Positions 38,258-46,487 of a stretch of DNA of 55,398 nucleotides are shown piece after piece. A model generated the notes under the pieces. The model was given only the letters and a program-made list of their open reading frames with translations. It had not been told where the DNA came from and did not search any database. This stretch comes from a virus (lineage: Duplodnaviria > Caudoviricetes). Each line of letters begins with the position of its first letter. Position 1 is the stretch's first letter. Position numbers and translations under genes: made by a program. The DNA lies in IMG/VR virus record IMGVR_UViG_3300032236_000985, positions 1-55,398 of that record; one strand, written 5' to 3'.

Positions 38258-39085
38258 ATGTCATTAACGGTAAAATTATTACGAAAGTATTTGTCTGAAG
38301 AAGAACTTCAAAAAATTTCGGAAGAGAAAATGTCTCCTCTGAGAAAATATATAACATCTATAGGATTAGATTGGGCTAAACTATCAAGCGATCAGATTTA
38401 TAGAATTTCTTCTAGCCAAGCATATAAAGAGTTCAGAAAACTGAATAGCATAAAGTACAAATATAAAAAAACATCTCCTGTTTTGAATAGTTTACAGTAT
38501 AGAAGCGAAGCTCATATTCCAGGTCACGAACCTAAAGAATTCGAACCTAGTAAGAAATATAAACATTTAAATCCTACGCACGTTGCAAGACAACAATATT
38601 ATGCTGGTTTGGTAAATAAAGGATATTCAGCTTTGAGAACAGCCCCGTTATATAAGAGTGTTGGGCCATTAGGATATAAAGCTAGAAAACCAGATGTTAT
38701 CACTTTTAGAAAGAGTGGAGTAAGTCCTTCTGGTAAAACTACAACTGTCGCATCCATCACTAAGAGAGAGTTACAGAAAAAGAAGTTTTACAGCGGTAAA
38801 GCTGCTACTTATGAAAGTTTCAATGAAAACGATGATGCAAAGAAAAAAGCCATTCCCAAATTGAAACATATGAAGGAAATTAAACCCCAAGATGAAAAAC
38901 AATGTGAAAAGGAATTTGAAATCACTAAAACATTAACTGGGGAAAAATCTCCAGATACTATTCAAATCAATCCAAATATGAAAATTATCAGAAAATCTGA
39001 TAAGGATAAAGAGATTAAAAAGGAGCAGATCAAGAAACCTGCTGCTATGCAAAATAATGAAGCAAAGCCAACTAAAAATGATTAA
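38258..39085 (+). CDS. Basic hypothetical protein, possible internal virion protein
   Basis: Lys-rich; N-terminal ...KYLSE resembles a gp21 cleavage site. Confidence 0.45.
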   Translation: MSLTVKLLRKYLSEEELQKISEEKMSPLRKYITSIGLDWAKLSSDQIYRISSSQAYKEFRKLNSIKYKYKKTSPVLNSLQYRSEAHIPGHEPKEFEPSKKYKHLNPTHVARQQYYAGLVNKGYSALRTAPLYKSVGPLGYKARKPDVITFRKSGVSPSGKTTTVASITKRELQKKKFYSGKAATYESFNENDDAKKKAIPKLKHMKEIKPQDEKQCEKEFEITKTLTGEKSPDTIQINPNMKIIRKSDKDKEIKKEQIKKPAAMQNNEAKPTKND

Positions 39086-39569
39086 TTCTTCATTATTTGT
39101 TGATATGGATATGGTTCTAGTGGATTTAGATAAAGGGTTAAGAAAACTAGATCCAACATACCATATTAAAGATACTGCTCCTTTAATCAATCCAAAATTG
39201 AAACAAGTTATATTGGATACTCCCAATTTTTGGGCTAATCTTCCTAAGATGAGCGATTTCGATGATTTATGGGAAGTTGTTTCAAAGCTAAACCCAAAGA
39301 TATTGACTGCAAATACAATCTGGGATTCAAGAGCAAAATGCCAGAAATGGGAATGGATACAAAAGAATTGCGAAGTTCCTAACTATAATTTCTACTGCGT
39401 TTTACGCGATGAGAAACAATTGTTTGCTAAAACCAATGGACATTCTAATATATTGATAGATGATTATGATTTGAATTGTAAAGAATGGGAAGCTAAAGGA
39501 GGTATTGCGATACTACATAAAAGCGCAAAAAATACTATAAAAGAACTGAAATTACTATTAAATGTATAA
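39078..39569 (+). CDS. HAD-family 5'(3')-deoxyribonucleotidase-like protein
   Basis: FVDMDMVLVD, ILT, K..W, ILIDD, W...GG..ILH. Confidence 0.8.
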   Translation: MINSSLFVDMDMVLVDLDKGLRKLDPTYHIKDTAPLINPKLKQVILDTPNFWANLPKMSDFDDLWEVVSKLNPKILTANTIWDSRAKCQKWEWIQKNCEVPNYNFYCVLRDEKQLFAKTNGHSNILIDDYDLNCKEWEAKGGIAILHKSAKNTIKELKLLLNV

Positions 39570-39580
39570 TTTTGGTTTTT

Positions 39581-39588
39581 TATAAATA
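39581..39588 (+). promoter_or_regulatory. T4-type late promoter
   Basis: Exact TATAAATA 42 nt upstream of ATG 39631. Confidence 0.8.
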
Positions 39589-39630
39589 ATATTATAAATC
39601 CTTTAACAATTCAACTATAGGTAAACAAAT

Positions 39631-40458
39631 ATGTCAGCATGGGGAAATACCGACAATCAAATCTCTACGCCTAAATTCCCACTGGAAAGACGCGCAAGAG
39701 ATGTTAATCAATTTACAGTAAACGCAGTAACTATAGCTGGTTCTAATAGCGCAAATACTCTTTATATCGCTAACGCTAATACTTCTGGTATTACTACTGG
39801 TATGTACGTCAGCGGAAACAATCTTTATTTGAACAGTGCTGTTCCTGGGTTCTTCTTAGGAAACGTAACTGTTGTTTCTGTTAATTCTAGCGCAGTTGTT
39901 TTGTCAACAAATGTTACAGCTAATGTTAATATTGGCGATACTTTTGAAATTGATACTGCAATTGCTTATCCTGCTAATAAGCCAGTCGAAGTTTATTATA
40001 ATGCAAACACTTATCTAGTAGACGCAGGTAGAATTGCTAATGCTACTTTTGGTAATGGCGTAACTTTTGACAGTCCAGTTGCTCATACTGGTTGGAACAA
40101 AGTTTCACAAGGAAGAGGTTATGTATACGATATCGCGTTAGGAAACGTTAGTTCAAGTTTAACTTATTCTAATGCTTATATTACTTTTAGCGCACCAACT
40201 GGATCGCCTAATGCTTCTGCTGCTAATGGATATATTACTGCATATGGTAACGTTGTTACTGCAACATTAACTTCTAATGGCGCTTCGTATAATAATATTC
40301 CTACTGCAACCATTTCTGGCGCTAATAATTCTACGCTAACCGTAACAGTAATTCCTGGCGGAAGATTAGGTAGAATTCAAGCCGAAACTTTGGTTGCTTT
40401 GAGCACTCCTAACGTTACTAATGCGAACTCTGGCGGAACTTATTTCCCAGGTTTATAA
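39631..40458 (+). CDS. Virion structural protein (Asn/Ser/Thr/Gly-rich, beta-strand type)
   Basis: MSAWG...AHTGW...GR..R.QAETLVA framework of T4-like virion proteins; late promoter. Confidence 0.7.
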   Translation: MSAWGNTDNQISTPKFPLERRARDVNQFTVNAVTIAGSNSANTLYIANANTSGITTGMYVSGNNLYLNSAVPGFFLGNVTVVSVNSSAVVLSTNVTANVNIGDTFEIDTAIAYPANKPVEVYYNANTYLVDAGRIANATFGNGVTFDSPVAHTGWNKVSQGRGYVYDIALGNVSSSLTYSNAYITFSAPTGSPNASAANGYITAYGNVVTATLTSNGASYNNIPTATISGANNSTLTVTVIPGGRLGRIQAETLVALSTPNVTNANSGGTYFPGL

Positions 40459-40468
40459 TTGAGAAGTT

Positions 40469-40870
40469 ATGATGAAAACATATAAACAATTTATATCTGA
40501 GATGCAGGCCAATGTGCCTGTAGTCTCGATTGATAAGCAGTACAACAATATCAGAGATACTTCAGCTTTAGAAGAACTTAATAAAAATCTCAGTATTGAA
40601 GTATCTACTGGATTTTCTGATATGCGACAAGCATTCAATAAAATCAGAAAGATTCTTTCTATGTACGCTTTAAAAGCTGGGAGTATTGATGATTCTATGA
40701 TGGATAAGAAATCTGGTAAATTATCTATACCAGTTTCTTACGGAGATATTAGCGGAGCATCTTTACATAATTACATATCGCCAGGAACCAAAAGTCTTGG
40801 CGATTTTACTCTTGATGTAGATTTCTCTCAGGAAAATGGTGTTTATAACGTAAAGGCTTCAGTGAAGTAA
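40469..40870 (+). CDS. Putative internal head protein
   Basis: N-terminus MKTYKQFISE, close to the T4 IPII/IPIII capsid-targeting sequence MKTYQEFIAE. Confidence 0.6.
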   Translation: MMKTYKQFISEMQANVPVVSIDKQYNNIRDTSALEELNKNLSIEVSTGFSDMRQAFNKIRKILSMYALKAGSIDDSMMDKKSGKLSIPVSYGDISGASLHNYISPGTKSLGDFTLDVDFSQENGVYNVKASVK

Positions 40871-40878
40871 TATATTTA

Positions 40879-41265
40879 ATGTTTCGTAATTTGACTTCTG
40901 ATAATTTTATATTGTATGCGGCGAATAATTACATTTCGCCGCATTATATTGAAGATGAATTTTTTGATGATTTAAGGCGATTTAAATACATAAAAGGTTC
41001 TATACAAAAATACCATTTAAAAAATTCTATCAATGATAGATTGGTATTGAACAATATTATAATGAGTTACAATGTTTTTAATATTGATGCTTGTACAAGA
41101 ATGTTGTTTTTCAAAATAAAACCCGAGCAATATTCAATATTAAAAACGTTTTTAATTTACTTAAATTATATGCCAGAGACGGTTAAGTTAATCAATGGCG
41201 TTGATGTTATATCATCCGATATAGAAATACATACAGAACTAGCAAATCTACTTAGAAAAATATGA
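40879..41265 (+). CDS. Conserved T4-like hypothetical protein
   Basis: L...NF.LYA...Y, EF.DDL.RFKYIK, LNNII..YNVF, LKTFL.YLN; usual neighbour upstream of primase. Confidence 0.7.
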   Translation: MFRNLTSDNFILYAANNYISPHYIEDEFFDDLRRFKYIKGSIQKYHLKNSINDRLVLNNIIMSYNVFNIDACTRMLFFKIKPEQYSILKTFLIYLNYMPETVKLINGVDVISSDIEIHTELANLLRKI

Positions 41266-41495
41266 AAACATATAAGGATTTTATCAAAGGATTAAAAGAA
41301 GACGGTGGCGTTAGCGTAGGTGCTGGTATAACTGGCGGCGCATCGCCAACTAATGTGATTTCTGGGGGTAATATTGCTGGCGCACCGCCAGATTCTCCTC
41401 CTGTTAATTTAAAGAAAAGAAGGAAACGGAAAGATTTCCCAGGAACATCACCAGCAACTCCGGTTATGGGTACTGTAAAACGAAAAGCCCCATAA
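41262..41495 (+). CDS. Small Gly/Pro/basic putative internal head protein
   Basis: MKTYKDFIKGLKE N-terminus; PTN...GG.IAG; KKRRKRK. Confidence 0.6.
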   Translation: MKTYKDFIKGLKEDGGVSVGAGITGGASPTNVISGGNIAGAPPDSPPVNLKKRRKRKDFPGTSPATPVMGTVKRKAP

Positions 41496-41720
41496 ATGGA
41501 CGTTAAAGAATTGCCAAGTATATTGAATAATACTTTCAATTTACATTTTGATTATTATTTTGAAGAAGAATATTTATATTTGAAACTTTGCGGGTTGGAT
41601 TCAAGAAGTCTTAGAGATTACATAGAATTCACATATGATTTAAAAGCAATGTTACCTACAAAAAAATGCGTGTCAAGAATTAAAGTAAATAATCAATATA
41701 TAAAGATTTCGGAGAAATAA
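41496..41720 (+). CDS. Hypothetical protein
   Basis: 74 aa ORF abutting both neighbours exactly. Confidence 0.5.
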   Translation: MDVKELPSILNNTFNLHFDYYFEEEYLYLKLCGLDSRSLRDYIEFTYDLKAMLPTKKCVSRIKVNNQYIKISEK

Positions 41721-42134
41721 ATGAAAACGTATATAGAATTAAAGGAAGCATTAAATCAAAACAACTTAATGGGCGCTAAGATTAAAGCATCCGAGTTTTT
41801 TTCGCAGATTTATAGCGCAGTCGTTTCCATGCATTTTTTCCATTTGACAACAAGTTCATTTTCTGCTCATATGGCTAGTAATGAATTTTATACAGGATTG
41901 CCTCCATTATTAGATAACTTAATGGAGTCATTCAGCGGTAGGTATGGCAAATTGGAAACTCCCCCAAAACTCAAAGTTGTTTCTACTGACGGGCTAAGTA
42001 TAGCAGTTAATCTACTTCAATGGATTGATAGTAACAGAGCATTATTGTCAGATGATACAGAACTTCAAAATATAATTGATGAAATCACTAGTTTGATTAA
42101 TTCGACTATATATAAGTTACGAGAGTTAAAATAA
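41721..42134 (+). CDS. Dps/ferritin-like four-helix protein
   Basis: HFFHLTTSSFSAHMA..EFY..L..L.D...E...G.YG and LQNIIDEI..LI..T.YKL; N-terminus MKTYIELKE. Confidence 0.75.
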   Translation: MKTYIELKEALNQNNLMGAKIKASEFFSQIYSAVVSMHFFHLTTSSFSAHMASNEFYTGLPPLLDNLMESFSGRYGKLETPPKLKVVSTDGLSIAVNLLQWIDSNRALLSDDTELQNIIDEITSLINSTIYKLRELK

Positions 42135-42158
42135 CCAATAATACAAAAGGAATATCCT

Positions 42159-42584
42159 GTGCCTCCAAATAATAACAATCAGGATATTTGGTCTAAAATC
42201 TATGTTATAGAAAGGGAACTGCTTGAAAAAGAAAAATCCCTAGATAGATTAGATGATTCTCTATTGGATTTAAACAAGAAAATAGAGCAATTAAAAGATG
42301 ATTTGAGAAATCTCAGGGTAATTCCTGATCTTGAAGAAAGGATCAAATATCTAGAAGAACAAGTAGACGCCATTAGAATGGAACTGCCAGAAATACGGTT
42401 AATAAAGAAACTGTTCATGGGTCTTGTTGCATTTGTTTTGACAGCATTTTTGGGATTGATTTGGAATACTGTTGTTTTGAAATCTTCTCAAGACGTTTCA
42501 ATGAAATTGAATCCAACGTCAGAAGAACAGATAGGTGATATTGCGAAAAAAGTAATTAACGAATATCAAAAAGGTAACAAATAA
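42159..42584 (+). CDS. Coiled-coil protein with a single TM helix (holin/haemolysin-like topology)
   Basis: Heptad-rich N-terminal half, then LFMGLVAFVLTAFLGLIW. Confidence 0.45.
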   Translation: MPPNNNNQDIWSKIYVIERELLEKEKSLDRLDDSLLDLNKKIEQLKDDLRNLRVIPDLEERIKYLEEQVDAIRMELPEIRLIKKLFMGLVAFVLTAFLGLIWNTVVLKSSQDVSMKLNPTSEEQIGDIAKKVINEYQKGNK

Positions 42585-43120
42585 TGTCGATTGATGCTAC
42601 TAAAGTTAGTTTAAAAGATCAATTAAAACTATTTTGTACTGGAATATTAGTTGGTTGTATTTCAGGAATTCTTTGGCAAGAGTTATTATCTCCGATACAC
42701 ATAACTCCTAATATGACAGTTACCGAAGAATATAATATACTAAAATCCGACGCAGAAGATCGTCTATTGAAATATATTGAAGGAAGATGGCAATCATCAA
42801 TTGGAGATGTGGTTATCAACATATCAGATGGTGCTGTCAGTGGTAATTTTATTGTTATTGAAAATATATACCCAAATCCCAAAAAAGAAGAAAAGTATAA
42901 AATTACAAATATAGTTAAAGTTGATGGGTTATTAGGATTAGTAGCTTTAGAAGTTTGTAACGTGAATACAAATTGTACATTAGAAGATAGATTATTAGTT
43001 CAAGTAAATAAAGTATTCGGTATTGATAAGACAATAACGCTTACTTATGATACAAGATTGACATATTGCGTTCCTATTGACAATCATTGCACTAGAGCTT
43101 TCAAGGAAATAGACAAATAA
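42584..43120 (+). CDS. Membrane-anchored exported protein
   Basis: N-terminal hydrophobic LFCTGILVGCISGILW; two Cys pairs in the C-terminal domain. Confidence 0.45.
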   Translation: MSIDATKVSLKDQLKLFCTGILVGCISGILWQELLSPIHITPNMTVTEEYNILKSDAEDRLLKYIEGRWQSSIGDVVINISDGAVSGNFIVIENIYPNPKKEEKYKITNIVKVDGLLGLVALEVCNVNTNCTLEDRLLVQVNKVFGIDKTITLTYDTRLTYCVPIDNHCTRAFKEIDK

Positions 43121-43185
43121 GCTTTACTTGTAGAGACTTTTAAGTAATACTATACTTTTAGAATGATAAAAGTATAATTTATATT

Positions 43186-44202
43186 ATGAGTTTTTATATT
43201 GATGTTAAATATTTGAAGATGATTTCTTGTAAACTTGAAGGGTTTACTCAGAAGAATAATGATCTTTATACTTGCCGTTGCCCTTACTGTGGCGATTCTC
43301 AAAAAAAGAAATCTAAGAAAAGGGGATTTCTATTCCGTAAGAATAATGATATGTTCTTTCATTGCCATAATTGCGGCAAGGGAGCAACTTTCTATAAATT
43401 CTTAAATTTTGTAGATCCAATTCTAGCTAAAGAATATTCTTTTGAACGATATTCAAATGGAGAAACTGGTCATCATAACTATACAAAACCAAAATTCGAA
43501 TTTACAAAACCCGTATTCAATACAAAGGAAAAGTTAAATATTCCTTCTGTTAAAAGTTTATCTTCAGATGATCTGGCTAGAAAATACGTAGAAAACAGAA
43601 AGATTCCAGAATCATATTTTTCTGATCTTTATTATGCCGAGGATTTCAAAGCATTTCTAGATGATTTTTTTCCAGATCATGGTAAAGATTTGTTTAGTAA
43701 CGATAAACGTCTAGTGATACCTTTTAGAAATAAATTCAATAAGATAGTTGCGCTTCAAGGGAGAACCTTGGCGAATTCAAGTATTAGATATATAACAATA
43801 AAAATAGATGAGAATTTCGATAAGATTTATGGTTTAAATAGGACAGATTTGAATAAACATGTGTACGTTTGCGAAGGTCCAATTGATTCTATGTTTATAG
43901 ATAATTGTATAGCTACTGCTGATGCTAATCTTTCTTCGGCAAAAGGGGTCATTGAAAACAAGAATAACATGACACTTATATTTGATAATGAACCTAGAAA
44001 TCTTTCTTTGATTAAACGGATTGAAAAAGCGATTGATCAAAATTTCAAAGTTTGTTTATTTCCAGAAACCTTTGAATTCAAAGATATTAATGATGCAATA
44101 TTGTCTGGAATGACTTCTGAAGAAATTATTGATATTATAAATAAAAATACCTTCTCTGAACTGAGAGCCAAATTAGAAATTATTACGTGGAGAAAATGTT
44201 AA
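43186..44202 (+). CDS. 61: DNA primase gp61
   Basis: RCPYCGDS, CHNC, QGR, EGPIDS, DNEPRN, KDIND. Confidence 0.95.
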   Translation: MSFYIDVKYLKMISCKLEGFTQKNNDLYTCRCPYCGDSQKKKSKKRGFLFRKNNDMFFHCHNCGKGATFYKFLNFVDPILAKEYSFERYSNGETGHHNYTKPKFEFTKPVFNTKEKLNIPSVKSLSSDDLARKYVENRKIPESYFSDLYYAEDFKAFLDDFFPDHGKDLFSNDKRLVIPFRNKFNKIVALQGRTLANSSIRYITIKIDENFDKIYGLNRTDLNKHVYVCEGPIDSMFIDNCIATADANLSSAKGVIENKNNMTLIFDNEPRNLSLIKRIEKAIDQNFKVCLFPETFEFKDINDAILSGMTSEEIIDIINKNTFSELRAKLEIITWRKC

Positions 44203-44203
44203 T

Positions 44204-44857
44204 ATGAAAGTGACTTTGAAAAGTTGTACTCAAGACGTTGAGGGAAAGCGAAATTTACTTGAGCAAATTGCGTATGTAGCAAGGGTATCGAATCCTTCAA
44301 ATCAAAATAACGATGATACTGCAGAAAATCTAGTCAATTATCTTATTAAACATAATCATTGGTCTCCATTGGAAATGGTTGATGCTACTTTGGAAATTGA
44401 AACGACGAGAGATATTGCTAGGCAGATTCTTAGACATCGTTCTTTCGTGTTTCAAGAATTTAGTCAACGATATGCAGATCCAACTAAAGAACTTGGGTTT
44501 GTTACAAGAGATGCTAGATTACAAGATGAGAAAAACCGTCAAAACAGTATTGATTTTGATGATGATTTTATTAAAGCAGAATGGGAAAATTATCAAAGGT
44601 CAGTATTAAATCGTGCCGCTTCTGCTTATAAATGGGCTATCGAGAACGGAATTGCTAAAGAACAGGCAAGAGTTGTCCTTCCAGAAGGAATTACTGCGTC
44701 TAGAATGTATATGAAAGGTTCTATCCGTTCTTGGATCCACTATATACAAATACGAAGTGGAGTAGAAACGCAGAAAGAACATAGAGAAATTGCTATTGCT
44801 TGTGCTAATGCTCTTGAACCCATTTTCCCAATGATTAAACAATTTACAATGGAATAA
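44204..44857 (+). CDS. thyX: Flavin-dependent thymidylate synthase
   Basis: HWSPLE, RQILRHRSF.FQEFSQRY, EQAR.VLP, TQKEH. Confidence 0.95.
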   Translation: MKVTLKSCTQDVEGKRNLLEQIAYVARVSNPSNQNNDDTAENLVNYLIKHNHWSPLEMVDATLEIETTRDIARQILRHRSFVFQEFSQRYADPTKELGFVTRDARLQDEKNRQNSIDFDDDFIKAEWENYQRSVLNRAASAYKWAIENGIAKEQARVVLPEGITASRMYMKGSIRSWIHYIQIRSGVETQKEHREIAIACANALEPIFPMIKQFTME

Positions 44858-44859
44858 TT

Positions 44860-45453
44860 ATGATTACCACTAGAGATGATGTGCTTCGTTTTATGAATGC
44901 TGGTGACCAAACTAATTTTGGATTTGGAGATCAGTCTGATCTTTATTTGAAGTTAATTACCGAAGAATTGATTCACGAAACTTTAAAAGGATTTGACAAA
45001 AACGATATTGTTGAAATTGCTGATGGTATCGCTGACAGTATTTGGGTGATTGAAGGATTCGCTATTACCGTTAATGTTTCTCTTGAAAAGGTATGGAGAC
45101 AAATAGCGTATCTCAGGGATTGTATTGATGATGAGTGGTATGATGATCTTGATAATAATATCATTATCGAAGATATTGTTCGCGTCTACGCAAGTTTACG
45201 AGAATGTTATAGAATGATGGATACTGGTTATCTATTTTTCCCAATTGTTGATTTGATTAATGGACTTATCTCGTTAGCAATAACCTACGATATCCCTTTA
45301 CAAGAAATTTGGGATGAAGTATCTCGTTCTAATATGAGTAAGATTTCAGATAACGGTAAAGTGATCAAAAACGAATTTGGAAAAATTCAAAAACCTGCTA
45401 CGTTCAGCCCAGCAAATATCAGGGCAATTCTTGAAAAACATAATTTAGTATAA
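44860..45453 (+). CDS. MazG-like (all-alpha) NTP pyrophosphohydrolase
   Basis: LITEE...E, VEIADGIAD, EV.RSNMSK, GKIQKP. Confidence 0.82.
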   Translation: MITTRDDVLRFMNAGDQTNFGFGDQSDLYLKLITEELIHETLKGFDKNDIVEIADGIADSIWVIEGFAITVNVSLEKVWRQIAYLRDCIDDEWYDDLDNNIIIEDIVRVYASLRECYRMMDTGYLFFPIVDLINGLISLAITYDIPLQEIWDEVSRSNMSKISDNGKVIKNEFGKIQKPATFSPANIRAILEKHNLV

Positions 45454-45470
45454 TAATAAAAGGAAATTTT

Positions 45471-46487
45471 ATGGCCGAACCTAGACTATTACAACAAAAA
45501 TCAACGTATACGATTGATTACCCCCAAGCAATTGAATTTGCTAAAACCCAAAACGATATCTTTTGGACTGCCGATGAAATCGAAGTCGAGAAAGATTTAC
45601 ATGATATGAAAACGAATTTTACCGAAGCCGAATATCATGGCGTTATTACTACGTTAAAGTTATTTACGTTGTATGAGTTAGTTGTAGGAAACGAATATTG
45701 GTCTGGTAAGATTAAAAACTTATTCAAAAGACCAGATATTGAAAGAATGTCTAATTGTTTTGCCTTTTTTGAAATTAATGTTCACGCTCCTTTCTATAAT
45801 AAGTTAAATGAAGTTCTCGGGTTAAATACTGATGAATTTTACAATTCCTATGTAAATGATGATGAATTGTACAATAGAATTAATTGGATTCATAAAGTAA
45901 TTAACAAACCATCTGATAATCATTTCGATATTCTCAAGTCTCTTGCGGTATTTTCAATGATTGAAGGCGCAATCCTTTATTCAAACTTTGCCTTCCTTAA
46001 ACATTTCCAATCAGAAGGAAAGAATAAATTAGTTAATGTTACTGCAGGTATCAACTTCTCTGTACGAGATGAAAATCTTCATTCATTAGCTGGTGCTTGG
46101 TTATTCAAGACTCTTCTTAGTGAATGCGAATTACCTCCAGAAGAGGTAGAGAGATTGAAGAATGATATTTTAAAAACAGTAGAACATATCAGAGAACATG
46201 AAGATAGGATTATTGAAATGATCTTTGAAAGAGGTCATATCAAAGGAATCACTGATCATCAATTGAAAGCATTTATTCAACATAGATTAGATGTTTGTTT
46301 GGAACAATTAGGGTTCGAAAAGAAATATAATCCAACTTACAATCCAATCAAGTCTTGGTTCTATAAAAATATCAATGCTCCTCAATTACATGACTTTTTC
46401 TATAAGATAGGTAATCAATACAAAAGGGATTGGAACGAACAAGGATTTACTTGGAAAATTGAAGAAAAAACGGTAGAAGCAGCATGA
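45471..46487 (+). CDS. nrdB: Class I ribonucleotide reductase beta subunit
   Basis: FWTADEI, E...H...Y, IEG...YS.F, RDENLH, DFF. Confidence 0.93.
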   Translation: MAEPRLLQQKSTYTIDYPQAIEFAKTQNDIFWTADEIEVEKDLHDMKTNFTEAEYHGVITTLKLFTLYELVVGNEYWSGKIKNLFKRPDIERMSNCFAFFEINVHAPFYNKLNEVLGLNTDEFYNSYVNDDELYNRINWIHKVINKPSDNHFDILKSLAVFSMIEGAILYSNFAFLKHFQSEGKNKLVNVTAGINFSVRDENLHSLAGAWLFKTLLSECELPPEEVERLKNDILKTVEHIREHEDRIIEMIFERGHIKGITDHQLKAFIQHRLDVCLEQLGFEKKYNPTYNPIKSWFYKNINAPQLHDFFYKIGNQYKRDWNEQGFTWKIEEKTVEAA

